Virus record (IMG/VR): IMGVR_UViG_3300024503_000015
Coordinates: 206,182 to 270,181 of that record
Reading direction: 5' to 3' (one strand)
From: a virus
Length of the DNA: 64,000 nt
The translations under genes and the position numbers were made by a program. Each line of letters opens with the position of its first letter. Position 1 is the stretch's first letter. The notes under the pieces are model-generated. The model saw only the letters and a program-made list of their open reading frames with translations, made no database searches and was not told the DNA's origin. Shown here piece after piece: positions 18,888 to 29,243 of the stretch.

Positions 18888-20139
18888 CCTGGTTTTGTGT
18901 GATAGCGTCAGCACGTACCTCAACGATTTTGCCAACCACCTCTTCACGACCGGACCAATAAGCATCGCGATCAGCATCAGTAAAACCGCTACCAACATTA
19001 ACAATGATATCACGTCCATCGTCTCTGCCTTCGCAAACAAAAGCGCCAAGTTTTCCGACATTTTTACCTGTTCCTTCTTCTACTGCTGTAACAGCCAATG
19101 ACACTTCGATAAATGGCTTTAGTTTAAGCCAAGCCACACTACGTTTACATTCATATCCAGCATTAGGATCTTTGATCATAATACCTTCGTAACCGCCATC
19201 GATTGCCTTTTGATTAATTTCTTTGAAACGTTTTTTACCTGCATCAGTATCGAGATCGACAAGTTCGTGTCCAACAACTGCTACATTAGGTAACGCATCT
19301 TTATGTTTCTTGTGCCAGTAGTAGACCATATCGCTACGATCCGATTGGCTTTTATCCCAAGAGCCTTGTTCAAAGTTTGACAAAGGTAGTACGTCAAACA
19401 AATTAAGTACAGCATCATCGCTTTGTACATCACTCTTGCGGTGTACCTGCTTCATCAAATCTTGGAAACTGCTAGACATAACTTCGCCGTCTAGCACCAA
19501 ATCATATGGCGGAGGATCTTGTTTAACTACTGCACTAATCTGCTCTGCTATGTGAGGAAAATTGACAAGCTCTTTGCCGTTACGACTAAACATATCAACA
19601 CGCCCGTCGGCCCTGACGATAGTAATAACTCGTACTCCATCAAGTTTGACTTCGATAAGTTTCTTTCCAACCACCTTAGCCTCATGATTTGCGCTATCGT
19701 GAGCGAGCTGGCAACTAAACACAGGCACACTATAGTGAGCATATTTCTTCTCCACAACTTTGTTGATTGTTTTTTCGCTTACGCCACAACGCAAGTCTTT
19801 AATAAGGATACGACGATACCAGCCATTCCACTGTTTCTTAGTGGCTGACTTTATCATTGTTTGAATCATATCCCTCGCTGTATTACCGGTGACATTGCGA
19901 GTGACAAAGCCAGTAATAGCGAGAGTAAAACTGCCCCAGTCTAAGCCTGGACCGTCTGCATCTGTTTTCTCTGGGATTTGTTTAAGTCCAAAGGTAATCA
20001 TTGGATCTAATGCAAGACGCACACCTTCGAAGAATTCGTTGTTACCTGCCTCCGCTTGTGCAAGAATGATTGCTTCTTTGTTCAAACGACTAGGATGATC
20101 TTCTAGTGTACTAATAACATTTTGGCATGGATCGCTCAC
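18817..20139 (-). CDS. ATP-dependent DNA ligase
   Basis: KxDG adenylation motif in IEVKLDGVRV, plus downstream nucleotidyltransferase and OB-fold motifs. Confidence 0.85.
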   Translation of the reverse strand: MSDPCQNVISTLEDHPSRLNKEAIILAQAEAGNNEFFEGVRLALDPMITFGLKQIPEKTDADGPGLDWGSFTLAITGFVTRNVTGNTARDMIQTMIKSATKKQWNGWYRRILIKDLRCGVSEKTINKVVEKKYAHYSVPVFSCQLAHDSANHEAKVVGKKLIEVKLDGVRVITIVRADGRVDMFSRNGKELVNFPHIAEQISAVVKQDPPPYDLVLDGEVMSSSFQDLMKQVHRKSDVQSDDAVLNLFDVLPLSNFEQGSWDKSQSDRSDMVYYWHKKHKDALPNVAVVGHELVDLDTDAGKKRFKEINQKAIDGGYEGIMIKDPNAGYECKRSVAWLKLKPFIEVSLAVTAVEEGTGKNVGKLGAFVCEGRDDGRDIIVNVGSGFTDADRDAYWSGREEVVGKIVEVRADAITQNQDGSYSLRFPRFLHFRGFQSGEKI

Positions 20140-20171
20140 AATATCTCCTAAAATTTAACTATGCTATTATT

Positions 20172-20885
20172 TTACTGCCAAATTAACTCTTTGTCAATTG
20201 GTTTGACATAATTTAATTGGGTTTCAATGGATTTGGTTGTGTAATTTACACCGTGTGCTTTGACTCTGGCACGTATAGTTTGAGTCTCTCCAGTCTTACC
20301 TAGTGCAGACTTATTCAAAAAGTTTACCAAATGACCGCCATCTGTGACAGCATCGTGGGCATAGCAGTTAAGTTTTTTGACATATCTAGTATTAACATAT
20401 CTAATATTCAGTAAAATTGGCTCACCTACTACTCCGATATGCTCTTGTTTGGCAGTTTTGGACTCTGTGATAATACGTTTCTTTTCCATTTCTTTGAAAT
20501 ACAAACTAGGAACGCTGGCCAAAATACCAAAGTCTTTAAAAATTACTTCAGGTTTTTGAGTACTAGAAAACACTCGTTGCATATAGTCGTTGAGATTGTC
20601 TGCAATAACACCAAATGTCAGTCTACGATAATAATGTATAATAGCACTGGCTGTATCTGTATCTTCCTGAGTAACTTTGACCAGTACTTTATAATCTTTA
20701 TTCAAGTCCGGAACCATTTGATAACTCAAATGTTCTTTGCTATTCCAGCGTTCATCGCTGTCAGGATCTGCATTGGTAAAAGCACTAACGCTGGTATAGC
20801 CTTTAGTTCTAAAAATAGCACAGGCCATAGCCAAAACATTTTCAGCAGGCCATGTACGTTCATTTAATGGAGTAAAATCATTCAT
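20172..20885 (-). CDS. hypothetical protein
   Basis: 237 aa ORF. Confidence 0.5.
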   Translation of the reverse strand: MNDFTPLNERTWPAENVLAMACAIFRTKGYTSVSAFTNADPDSDERWNSKEHLSYQMVPDLNKDYKVLVKVTQEDTDTASAIIHYYRRLTFGVIADNLNDYMQRVFSSTQKPEVIFKDFGILASVPSLYFKEMEKKRIITESKTAKQEHIGVVGEPILLNIRYVNTRYVKKLNCYAHDAVTDGGHLVNFLNKSALGKTGETQTIRARVKAHGVNYTTKSIETQLNYVKPIDKELIWQ

Positions 20886-21123
20886 AATCGATCATCGTTT
20901 GTTGTTGAATAAGAATGTTTTTGCCTATTTCAAATAAGCCTACCCCGCCAATAAGGTCTTTAACGCTGGCGTGAATGTTTACTTCGCCATCTTTGTCTAT
21001 ACTGGCCATGACAAATTCTTCCATGCTACCTTCTTCGATACGCTTACGCACTTCTTCGATAACATCCAGCATATTTTCTTTGCGACGTTTTTCGTTGCGG
21101 TCGTTGATGTTAATTACTTCCAT
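20878..21123 (-). CDS. hypothetical protein
   Basis: 81 aa ORF. Confidence 0.4.
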   Translation of the reverse strand: MEVININDRNEKRRKENMLDVIEEVRKRIEEGSMEEFVMASIDKDGEVNIHASVKDLIGGVGLFEIGKNILIQQQTMIDYE

Positions 21124-21604
21124 TAGATTCTCCTTTATTACCCTTAAGATAATCTTTTTCTTTGTAAGTCTTAATCATGTGACAACGACAGCAGAGTGTT
21201 TGAATATTTTCTGCAACATCTTTACCACCATCGCTTTGACGTTCTAAGTGGTCGCCGTGCATTACACCACGCATACAACGTAATTTATGGAACGGATCTT
21301 CGATATCGTCAAACTGCGGATCAACACGAGGATCGTATCCACACTTCTCGCACACCCACCCACGATAGAATGTGTGTGGACGATCCGCTTTGCCCATACC
21401 ACCGTACTCTGTTAATTGCAGTTGGTGTTCACGACAGTAACCATCGCTACCAGGACCATCGAAGATTGTAAGGTCATTGTCACAATCTTCTAACTTACAT
21501 TTGCATTGTAAGCGATATTGTTCCTTAAGGATACTCTGTCCTTTGAGTTTATCCTTATTAGGATCTCTGAGCTTGGACATATTACCACAAGTCTTTCTTA
21601 GCAA
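21110..21604 (-). CDS. HNH endonuclease
   Basis: HGDHLERQSDGG...NIQTLCCRCHMIKT HNH motif, plus CxxC pairs. Confidence 0.6.
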   Translation of the reverse strand: MLRKTCGNMSKLRDPNKDKLKGQSILKEQYRLQCKCKLEDCDNDLTIFDGPGSDGYCREHQLQLTEYGGMGKADRPHTFYRGWVCEKCGYDPRVDPQFDDIEDPFHKLRCMRGVMHGDHLERQSDGGKDVAENIQTLCCRCHMIKTYKEKDYLKGNKGESNGSN

Positions 21605-22727
21605 CAGTAAAACCGTTGTTAGCAGAATATTCTGGTGTCTTCAATTTAGTACTCTTCTTAACCTGTGCAATCAAGAACGGAATACCTGTACGCATTTCTG
21701 AAGTAAAGCCACGCAATCCTGACTCTGCGTATGACTCTGGGTTGGCCTTCTTGTACCATTCTTCATAGGCCATCTTAACCTTATCCCAGAACGGACCGTT
21801 GGGGCCAAAGTCACCATCGAAGTATTCTTTTGTAAATGCCGCAAAGTCTAGCAAGTATTTGTCATCAACAGTAATGCCTTGTTCAAAACACAGATTAAAG
21901 TATTCGTATAACTGACGTGCTTCCTTAGGTTCTACAGGACGTTGTTGGTTTAAGTAAGTCCAGTACTGAGCAAACATACGGGTGACTTCCGGATCCTTAC
22001 GAGTCTTCAGACTCTTGCTCATAAGTGTGTCAGCCAACAAACTGAACGCACCAGGTTGGTCTTCGTCACCAAACTTGCTGTGTGTGGCAAACAAGCCAGC
22101 GGCCGCAAGATAATCGTTCTTCTTGGCTGTGTCAGTCCATTCGGTGTCATCTGCACCGTCAACCTTAGAGCCATAAACCATTTGCTTGTACTTGTCAATG
22201 AAGTCAAGTTCTTCTTTAGCATCGCCGTTTAACAAAATAAAGTTACGACGAATTTCTAATTTGTGTTTTACATTATACACAACCACTGGCACCATTGTTT
22301 GTGCTGTGCGTTCACCGAACACTTTGGTAAGAATAATGTAAAGAGTAATTGCGGTGTGCTGTCCGTCCCAGGCAATGTAATAACCAGGCTTGTCTTCGTC
22401 AATATAAACTTGAATAGCCATAGTCATTGTGCTACGGAAGTGTTGAAGAATGTTTAGAACATGTCGCAGATTAAGACTGCGTTGCATCGTGGAGTCAATT
22501 AGGATCTTGTCCATTGGCACCATGATTGCTTGGCACAACAGCAGGTCGGTAAAGGTTGTCCATTCTTTGTGACGACGTTTAAATTCGTCAACTACTCCGG
22601 TGAGTAGTCCAACAAACATAGGAGCGGTTTTGAGTGCTTCAGCCAAACGTTCTTGTAGAGTTACAAAATGGCTATCCGATTTGAGATATTGCTCGTTGAT
22701 AATCTGAGCATGGGTTTTTTGTGTCAT
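21582..22727 (-). CDS. DGQHR/ParB-like (DndB-like) nuclease-fold domain protein
   Basis: IAWDGQHTAITLYII matches the DGQHR/DUF262 core motif. Confidence 0.5.
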   Translation of the reverse strand: MTQKTHAQIINEQYLKSDSHFVTLQERLAEALKTAPMFVGLLTGVVDEFKRRHKEWTTFTDLLLCQAIMVPMDKILIDSTMQRSLNLRHVLNILQHFRSTMTMAIQVYIDEDKPGYYIAWDGQHTAITLYIILTKVFGERTAQTMVPVVVYNVKHKLEIRRNFILLNGDAKEELDFIDKYKQMVYGSKVDGADDTEWTDTAKKNDYLAAAGLFATHSKFGDEDQPGAFSLLADTLMSKSLKTRKDPEVTRMFAQYWTYLNQQRPVEPKEARQLYEYFNLCFEQGITVDDKYLLDFAAFTKEYFDGDFGPNGPFWDKVKMAYEEWYKKANPESYAESGLRGFTSEMRTGIPFLIAQVKKSTKLKTPEYSANNGFTVAKKDLW

Positions 22728-22822
22728 ATAATTTCCTTTCTAGGCCTTCTCTTGGCCACCTACACACAACATTATTATTGTGTATATGGAATATTATACA
22801 GTCAAATTATTTAAAAGTCAAG

Positions 22823-23038
22823 TCAAAGGCGGTATGTAATTCGGCCTTTGGACAAATCGTAAGGGCTCATTTCAATCCGAACTTTGTCGCCCAAGATGAT
22901 TTTGATTTTATTTTGGCGCAGTCGGCCATTAGTGTAGCAAGTAAGAACATGCCCATTTTCCAAAGTTACCCTAAACATATTGCTAGGTAATACTTCAGAA
23001 ATGGATCCTTCCATTTCTAATAAATCGCTTTTGCTCAT
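22823..23038 (-). CDS. infA: translation initiation factor IF-1
   Basis: 71 aa. [71 protein letters not shown] aligns along its full length with bacterial IF-1 (S1/OB fold). Confidence 0.85.
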   Translation of the reverse strand: MSKSDLLEMEGSISEVLPSNMFRVTLENGHVLTCYTNGRLRQNKIKIILGDKVRIEMSPYDLSKGRITYRL

Positions 23039-23208
23039 TCTTTAGTAAAGATCATACGACCATCGGTTACGGAGATATGAATTTTATCTCCTTCTTTCCA
23101 TCCCATTTTTTCACAGATTTCAGGAGGAATTTTGAACATGACATTATCTGGATCTCCAGGTATGTCTTCGAATATTTCCTCTACCGTGTACGTTTTTGAT
23201 TCGTTCAT
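23035..23208 (-). CDS. small hypothetical protein, translationally coupled to infA
   Basis: 57 aa ORF ([18 protein letters not shown]...). Its stop overlaps the infA start as ATGA. Below the ORF-track size cutoff. Confidence 0.3.
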   Translation of the reverse strand: MNESKTYTVEEIFEDIPGDPDNVMFKIPPEICEKMGWKEGDKIHISVTDGRMIFTKE

Positions 23209-23247
23209 AATCCTTAGTTTATTATATTAGTTTAAAAATGTCAACTT

Positions 23248-25902
23248 TTAGTTTACCGATATATTGACATTTGGTGCAGGAAATATCCCCAAACGCACAT
23301 TCATAGTCAGCGCCGATTGGGTGTTAATAGTTATTGGTAATGATGCGGTATTACTGCTAACCGTCATTACTCCAGTTAATGGAACACTAACATCACCAGC
23401 CGCAAATGGATATGTTGCTACAGTAGTAGACCAACGAGCGTTAACTCCTGTATGTACATCAACTTGATTAGGAGTGGCTTCGTAAAAGACTGCTTCGTAA
23501 ACCATATTAGGTGAACCTAGTGTGCCAGATGTAGACGCTGTTCCCTCCCAGCGAACACGGAAAGTTCTGTTAGGTGCTGTGCCTTCTGCACCATAATAGA
23601 TTCGTTGACAACTATTGTCTGCAGAACTTATCATTATCTTTGGATAAGGAGGGTTAGTACCATTTAACTGACTCCAGTTTGATGAACCAGCACCAAATGT
23701 GATATATGTATTTGTTCCAATATAAATTGTATTGTATGTTGTACCACAGAATGTTACATTGAACGGCAGTGGAACAGTCCAGTATCCATCGTCTTGACTG
23801 CCAACAAAGGTCAACGCTCCAGGCACAGTAGGTGTTGAACTAGACAATGCTAGGGCACCTAATATACTATTTGTAATAACACTACTGGAACCGTTAGGTA
23901 AACCAGTAGTTAAGAATCTATTTCCGCTGTTAGGTCTTGTATCTAAAGTTATACCAGTAACTATAGCATCAGCAGTATAAACACCAGAGAACGCAGTAGT
24001 AGTCAATGAACCGGACGGCGCAGGCTTTGCTGTAATAATATAAGGAACCTGTGTACCATTAGCAACGTTAGTAGTAGTTAATGTTACTGTAGCAGTTTGA
24101 GTATTTGATACTGTTGAATCGTCTACTGCTAGACTAAATGTTGCGGCCTTATTATAACTGTTAAGAGTTTTCTTTCTTGGATATACTTGTCCACTGGTAG
24201 GTCTGTACCAGTTGTTTACTGTTGGGAAAGGTGTTGGATAATATCCACCGACTTCTTGACCTGGATGTCTTGTTCCTTGAAAGAACAACATCTTTCTACA
24301 ACTATTTGGATTGTAAGTAAACCCAGCATCTTTACCATCAAACGTTCCGCCGTTGGTACTTAATACTGTGTCTGTACTAATTGCGGCTATTAATGCACGA
24401 GCATCTGCCTGTGTCATACGAGGATATTTTTCTGCATAACAGGCAATTACACCTACGGTATTAGGACAACTCATACTAGTGCCAGGACACTTTTTAAAAT
24501 TATTATTAATTGAGTCAGATCCGCCTAATGCAGTAACTCTTGGATCAGTAGCGGCAGTCCCATCATACAACGATGCTCCACTATTCCAAACACTTTGAAC
24601 ACCAGAACCGGGTGCATATACATCAATGCGAGGACCGTAGTTACTAAATTCTGCTTTGTAGTCGCCGACCTCAATACCAGTCGAGGCGTAGATACTAGCA
24701 TTTGTTGCTTCGTTGTGTTGTCCTATTGCTCCGCTACAGATAATTTTTGTATCTTCTGTGCCACCATTTGCCGAGCCAGGACTACTACCTCGGTGAATAT
24801 AGTAACTAACTCCTCCGTAGACCATATAATTGTCATAGTCAGGACCTCCAGGAACATCTATATACCAATAACTATTTCCTGCGCTGGCTACAATGATGAC
24901 GCCTTCGCTCATCGCCTCAATCATATCTATATCCGTTGCGGAACTTTGTGTTGGCAATGCCGCACCAGTACGGATCCTAAATGTGTCTAAATCTGCTGTA
25001 GTCCATCCTGTACTAGGACGATTATATGTAACACCTCTATAATACACAGAACTAATGCTAGACTCTGTAATTCCATTTAAACGATATCCCCAACTGTTAT
25101 TCATAACTGTTGGATTTTTAACACCAGTCAACGGATTGATTGGTTTATTTTTATGAAATTCTCTTACATAATCTATGCTATCGTAGAATGTAATATTATA
25201 GATATTAGCATCGCGAGCAAACCCTTGTGTGTTACCTGCACAGTTTCCAGTAGTATGTCCACCATGTTCTTGTAATCGGTAACCCGGATAACTGTATTCG
25301 CCTGCCGCACCACCAGTTACTACAGGATTGTGTTGCTCCCAGTTGTATTCAACCATTCGGCTATAACCAGTACCATCTGGATTCTGTGCATATTCGTACA
25401 CAGTAGGGTACGGAGTTCCATCGTCCATAACAACTACGTCAACATTTTTACCACTGGCATCCATAATAATAGTTGCCGCTTGATTAACTGTGCCAGTAAT
25501 ACCCCAATTACTAATATCTGTTTTTCTGTTTAGTCGTAACAGGCCCCAGTTGATATCGACGCTGTCGCTGGCCACACGTTTGTCAAAGTTTGAACTAGTT
25601 TGAGTAAACCCGTCACAGCCGATAACCATACCAAGATCTGTATGATTTAATTCAACAGTAAAAACTCTAGGATCGTTTCTAACCTGTGCCGCTTCGTCAT
25701 AGGTCAACATATAATGTGTATTTCGACTAATAGGTCGTCTGTTAACACACTCTACCATTCGATCAGGAATGTATAAATTTCCGCTAGGTGTTTCCATATC
25801 TTTATAAAACTCTTCCGAGTCTTTAAAGTCTTTTAAGGTAACAATGTATTCTTTAAGACTTTGATCTTCTGGATTCCCTAGATGAGGAATTGGTGTTGTC
25901 AT
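23248..25902 (-). CDS. subtilisin-like (S8) peptidase fused to a Ser/Thr-rich fibre-like C-terminal region
   Basis: I9-like propeptide N-terminus. HGGHTTGNCAGN (His) and GTSMSCP (Ser) subtilase motifs. C-terminal ~350 aa is T/S-rich. Confidence 0.6.
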   Translation of the reverse strand: MTTPIPHLGNPEDQSLKEYIVTLKDFKDSEEFYKDMETPSGNLYIPDRMVECVNRRPISRNTHYMLTYDEAAQVRNDPRVFTVELNHTDLGMVIGCDGFTQTSSNFDKRVASDSVDINWGLLRLNRKTDISNWGITGTVNQAATIIMDASGKNVDVVVMDDGTPYPTVYEYAQNPDGTGYSRMVEYNWEQHNPVVTGGAAGEYSYPGYRLQEHGGHTTGNCAGNTQGFARDANIYNITFYDSIDYVREFHKNKPINPLTGVKNPTVMNNSWGYRLNGITESSISSVYYRGVTYNRPSTGWTTADLDTFRIRTGAALPTQSSATDIDMIEAMSEGVIIVASAGNSYWYIDVPGGPDYDNYMVYGGVSYYIHRGSSPGSANGGTEDTKIICSGAIGQHNEATNASIYASTGIEVGDYKAEFSNYGPRIDVYAPGSGVQSVWNSGASLYDGTAATDPRVTALGGSDSINNNFKKCPGTSMSCPNTVGVIACYAEKYPRMTQADARALIAAISTDTVLSTNGGTFDGKDAGFTYNPNSCRKMLFFQGTRHPGQEVGGYYPTPFPTVNNWYRPTSGQVYPRKKTLNSYNKAATFSLAVDDSTVSNTQTATVTLTTTNVANGTQVPYIITAKPAPSGSLTTTAFSGVYTADAIVTGITLDTRPNSGNRFLTTGLPNGSSSVITNSILGALALSSSTPTVPGALTFVGSQDDGYWTVPLPFNVTFCGTTYNTIYIGTNTYITFGAGSSNWSQLNGTNPPYPKIMISSADNSCQRIYYGAEGTAPNRTFRVRWEGTASTSGTLGSPNMVYEAVFYEATPNQVDVHTGVNARWSTTVATYPFAAGDVSVPLTGVMTVSSNTASLPITINTQSALTMNVRLGIFPAPNVNISVN

Positions 25903-25903
25903 A

Positions 25904-28063
25904 TTATGCTTCCAATTGTAGTAGTTTTACTGTAACAGTAATAGCCGCTGTTGAGCCGCTTCTGTTAACTACTTTAATTTGTATATCTGTAGTTGGACTA
26001 GATTCATCGTTATAGCCAAATACACCAGGAGTAAATGTTTGTGTTTGTGCTCCGGTAGTAATTACCTCAGCAATTACTCCACTACCTGGTACTGGATCAT
26101 CTGTAATTGCACGACTAGCATCTGCTGTACGTGCCGCAGAAGATGTATAAACAGTTACCCAAGCCGCCGCACTAGTTTGAATACTTAATAACGCATAACC
26201 ACTGAAGCCTGTAATTGTAGCATTAGCACTGGCTAAGTTTGCTATCGAAGAAGTAGTAACAGAACGTGTTGTTCTGGTCGATAGTGTACCACCGCCGCCC
26301 CCGCCACCAGTTGCATCGGTATCATTAACCCATGCACTACCATTCCATTTTAAAACTTGCCCAACACTTGGACTAGAAACAGTCACATCTGCCAGGTCAT
26401 TAATACTGGCCGTAGAAATATCTGTGCCACCACCTCCGCCGCTAATTGTTGTCCATGCCAATGTTCCTGAACCGTTTGTTGCTAGAACTTGTCCACTGGT
26501 TCCGTCTGTGGCTGGGAATGTGAACCCTGGAAATCTTGTTGTGCCGTTTTCTTTGAATACCCATGTAGGCTTGGTAATATCGTTGAACGTTTGAATATAG
26601 ATATCGTTCTCAGCATATAGCCCCCAACCAATAGTTGGACCTGCTAGGAATTCTTTCCAACCAACTGATGCTTGTCCATTGGCAGCACTGCCTGCATTAA
26701 TAATACCGTTGTTAGGTAGTGTTACTGAACCGTCTGTATTAAATGTAAAATCTTTAGTACCGTTTGTAGTTAATTTAACACCGGTATTATTTAAAATAAT
26801 TTTATTAGTATATGCGCTATGACTTACACCCCAGTTAAGTGTAATGCTACCTGCGGTATCGGCAACATTAATGGCAAACGGGTCGTTAGTATTTCTTGTA
26901 TATCCGTCCACAGCCAATGTACCGTTGTCAAATGCAATAGTGCCACCTGCTGGTAATGTTAGAGTACCATCGTCTCCAAATATCCAACCATGCACGGTTG
27001 CACCATAGTTACCAGTTGAAATCTTTACTGCCTTTAATCCATCGGAATCAGAATTAAAGCCAATGGTCGCCAAATCGAGACCGTTAGAAGATGTCCAGCC
27101 TACTAATATCTGAGAATTATTACCCGGTGCCGCAATATGTATTGATTCATTTAGTGCCTGAATCATCATCGTTCCGAGACTTGGGCTATAGTCGCCTAAC
27201 TTAGCAATTTTTAAATTAGTAGGAAAATCTAACGCACCGTCTGTACCAAATGACCAAGTATTAGTACTATTAGTAATCGAAGGAGTTGTGACGTCTGCAA
27301 ATTCTACGCTATCTGTTGTGTTTAAATTTTGATTAGGTGCATCTAACAAATCGTTATAACTTACACTCTGACCAATAGTTGCACTTAAAGTGGTAGCAGT
27401 TGCTTGACAGCGAACAGCGAAAGGAATCTGTTGCCAATCGGACGCTACAAAGGAGGCAAACGGATCAGTTACGCCACCGATGTAAACATACATATAATCT
27501 GTACAGATTGTAGCAACATCAACAACTCCATTGATATCGCTGTCAGAATAGTGGTTACCGCCAGTGTCTACGGTGGCGCCGCTGATATAACCATCAGCAT
27601 CTAATGTTGCAGAATACGTTGCTCTGATCCATCCATAGGGAACAGTTAGTTGTGTACCACCTAATACTGCCCATGCAAAAGCATCGATTAATTTAACATT
27701 TAAAGCGTTCCCCCATGTTCTGTCTTGTACTGGACCTGCTTTGGGATAGACTTCAACTGCTTGGTGTCCAGTAGGATCATAAACACCAGGAAGAATAACC
27801 TGTCCATTAGTAGTTGCTGATAGTTTGGCATCGCCAATATACACAGATCCAGAACCAACATATAAACTGTGCCAACGATTTGTAGGGCTACCTAAGTTGT
27901 ATGTTAAATCACTGTCTGGAACAATATTTTGTGATACTGCTGAAAAGTCACCTTCTGGAATTGTAGTGTACAATTCTCCGATCATTGTATCAATCTTTTT
28001 TAAGGCTGATCCTAACGGTTCTCTACTAATGCCGTCGCCTAAATTTAATGGTGTATATGCCAT
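25904..28063 (-). CDS. tail fibre-like structural protein with poly-Gly linkers
   Basis: N-terminus MAYTPLNLGDGISREPLGSALKKIDTMIGELY is related to the other fibre N-termini. Beta-rich with GGGGG / GGGGGGG runs. Confidence 0.5.
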   Translation of the reverse strand: MAYTPLNLGDGISREPLGSALKKIDTMIGELYTTIPEGDFSAVSQNIVPDSDLTYNLGSPTNRWHSLYVGSGSVYIGDAKLSATTNGQVILPGVYDPTGHQAVEVYPKAGPVQDRTWGNALNVKLIDAFAWAVLGGTQLTVPYGWIRATYSATLDADGYISGATVDTGGNHYSDSDINGVVDVATICTDYMYVYIGGVTDPFASFVASDWQQIPFAVRCQATATTLSATIGQSVSYNDLLDAPNQNLNTTDSVEFADVTTPSITNSTNTWSFGTDGALDFPTNLKIAKLGDYSPSLGTMMIQALNESIHIAAPGNNSQILVGWTSSNGLDLATIGFNSDSDGLKAVKISTGNYGATVHGWIFGDDGTLTLPAGGTIAFDNGTLAVDGYTRNTNDPFAINVADTAGSITLNWGVSHSAYTNKIILNNTGVKLTTNGTKDFTFNTDGSVTLPNNGIINAGSAANGQASVGWKEFLAGPTIGWGLYAENDIYIQTFNDITKPTWVFKENGTTRFPGFTFPATDGTSGQVLATNGSGTLAWTTISGGGGGTDISTASINDLADVTVSSPSVGQVLKWNGSAWVNDTDATGGGGGGGTLSTRTTRSVTTSSIANLASANATITGFSGYALLSIQTSAAAWVTVYTSSAARTADASRAITDDPVPGSGVIAEVITTGAQTQTFTPGVFGYNDESSPTTDIQIKVVNRSGSTAAITVTVKLLQLEA

Positions 28064-28114
28064 GGGAAATCCTCGCTTATCCTATATTTAGCGAGTTTTG
28101 GTATAGATACAATA

Positions 28115-28145
28115 GTCAAAAAAATACCCGCCGAAGCGGGTAAAG
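28115..28145 (-). terminator. rho-independent terminator
   Basis: ACCCGCTTCGGCGGGT hairpin followed by ATTTTTTT on the minus strand. Confidence 0.6.
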
Positions 28146-28153
28146 TTTGTAGT

Positions 28154-28747
28154 TTATTCGTCTTCCCAGGGTACAGGAATCCAACCTAGTTTAAGTAAAT
28201 CTGCTTCTATTTCTTCTGTAACAATGCCTTCGGGCACATATCCTGTACGCTTTTGCCATTGTTCATTAGTTTCTTTAGCATCGTACTCTTGATTAAGTCC
28301 GCCCATACCTGAACAGTACCAATCAATGTAATCACCTTCTTGACGCATATCTGCAACAATGCCGCCAGCACTACGCCAACTAGCACTCCACAAATCTTTG
28401 TCAGGATCTTGTCGCAGATAAGGAAACATTTCTTTACGAACAAAACGCATATTACACATAGCCGCATAAAGATTCTGTGCATAGGCATCGCTGTTACGAA
28501 CCTTGGCTAGAATCCAATCTGTACTACGTAGGTCGTATTCTAAATTATTTTCCTGCCATTCGGGGTTAGACATGTTTTCTTCGTCTTGTTCACGAAAGGT
28601 TTTAAAAAGATTTAAGTAATCTTCTCTAGGCTCTTTACCTTCTTCCGCACAACGTTCGATATATCCGTTTAATTGAAAACTATGACGCTCTGGGCTTGAG
28701 CTTATTTTAACGTTTGTATCCGGTGAATCCGAGTTTTCTGTAGGCAT
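28154..28747 (-). CDS. hypothetical protein
   Basis: 197 aa ORF followed by a strong terminator. Confidence 0.45.
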   Translation of the reverse strand: MPTENSDSPDTNVKISSSPERHSFQLNGYIERCAEEGKEPREDYLNLFKTFREQDEENMSNPEWQENNLEYDLRSTDWILAKVRNSDAYAQNLYAAMCNMRFVRKEMFPYLRQDPDKDLWSASWRSAGGIVADMRQEGDYIDWYCSGMGGLNQEYDAKETNEQWQKRTGYVPEGIVTEEIEADLLKLGWIPVPWEDE

Positions 28748-29240
28748 TACGCACTCCTATAGCCTGTCGTTTAGCATCTTCTAACGCATTGTGTTTTGCA
28801 TCCTGCGGCATTTCAGGATCTGCTAGTTCAAACAATGTACGTGTGTCACGCATTTCCCAGAAGTTCCAAGGATATGCACGACCTAATTTTTCGTAGATAT
28901 TCTGCAAAATCATTAAGTCAAAAGTAGCACCGTGACTCCAAAAATGACTGCACCCCCATGCTAGTGCATGAAACTGATTAATAACTTCATGGATTGGAAT
29001 ACGATCCCTTGGATCAAATGCTTCCTCCATGATGTTAGTATCCTGCTGATTCCACCATTTTAGTGTGTCGTCGCTTACAGTACAACCTAGAGCATCTTGG
29101 CTGTCTATCTCCACACGCAGATAAAGTTCTTTCATGGGTGCATTTGTAAACGGATCAAACCTTACTGCGCCCAAGGTAAGAATAGTTGCTGTAGTCTTTG
29201 TGTCAAGAGTTTCCAAGTCGACCATTAAGTGTTGTGCCAT
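28707..29240 (-). CDS. dexA: DEDDh 3'-5' exonuclease, DexA-like
   Basis: VDLETLDT and ILTLGAV (Exo I) and HNALEDAKRQA (Exo III H-x4-D) motifs. Confidence 0.6.
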   Translation of the reverse strand: MAQHLMVDLETLDTKTTATILTLGAVRFDPFTNAPMKELYLRVEIDSQDALGCTVSDDTLKWWNQQDTNIMEEAFDPRDRIPIHEVINQFHALAWGCSHFWSHGATFDLMILQNIYEKLGRAYPWNFWEMRDTRTLFELADPEMPQDAKHNALEDAKRQAIGVRNAYRKLGFTGYKR

Positions 29241-29243
29241 ATA

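Noticed and set aside
18582-19061. 159 aa ORF overlapping the 3' end of the DNA ligase gene by ~245 nt
   Set aside because: The N-terminal part overlaps ligase coding sequence in another frame. Only the downstream portion from an internal Met is a plausible gene.
26280-26440. G/C-rich runs encoding poly-Gly as a possible slippery or phase-variable tract
   Set aside because: The codons are mixed (GGT/GGC/GGG) rather than a homopolymer, so slipped-strand variation is unlikely.
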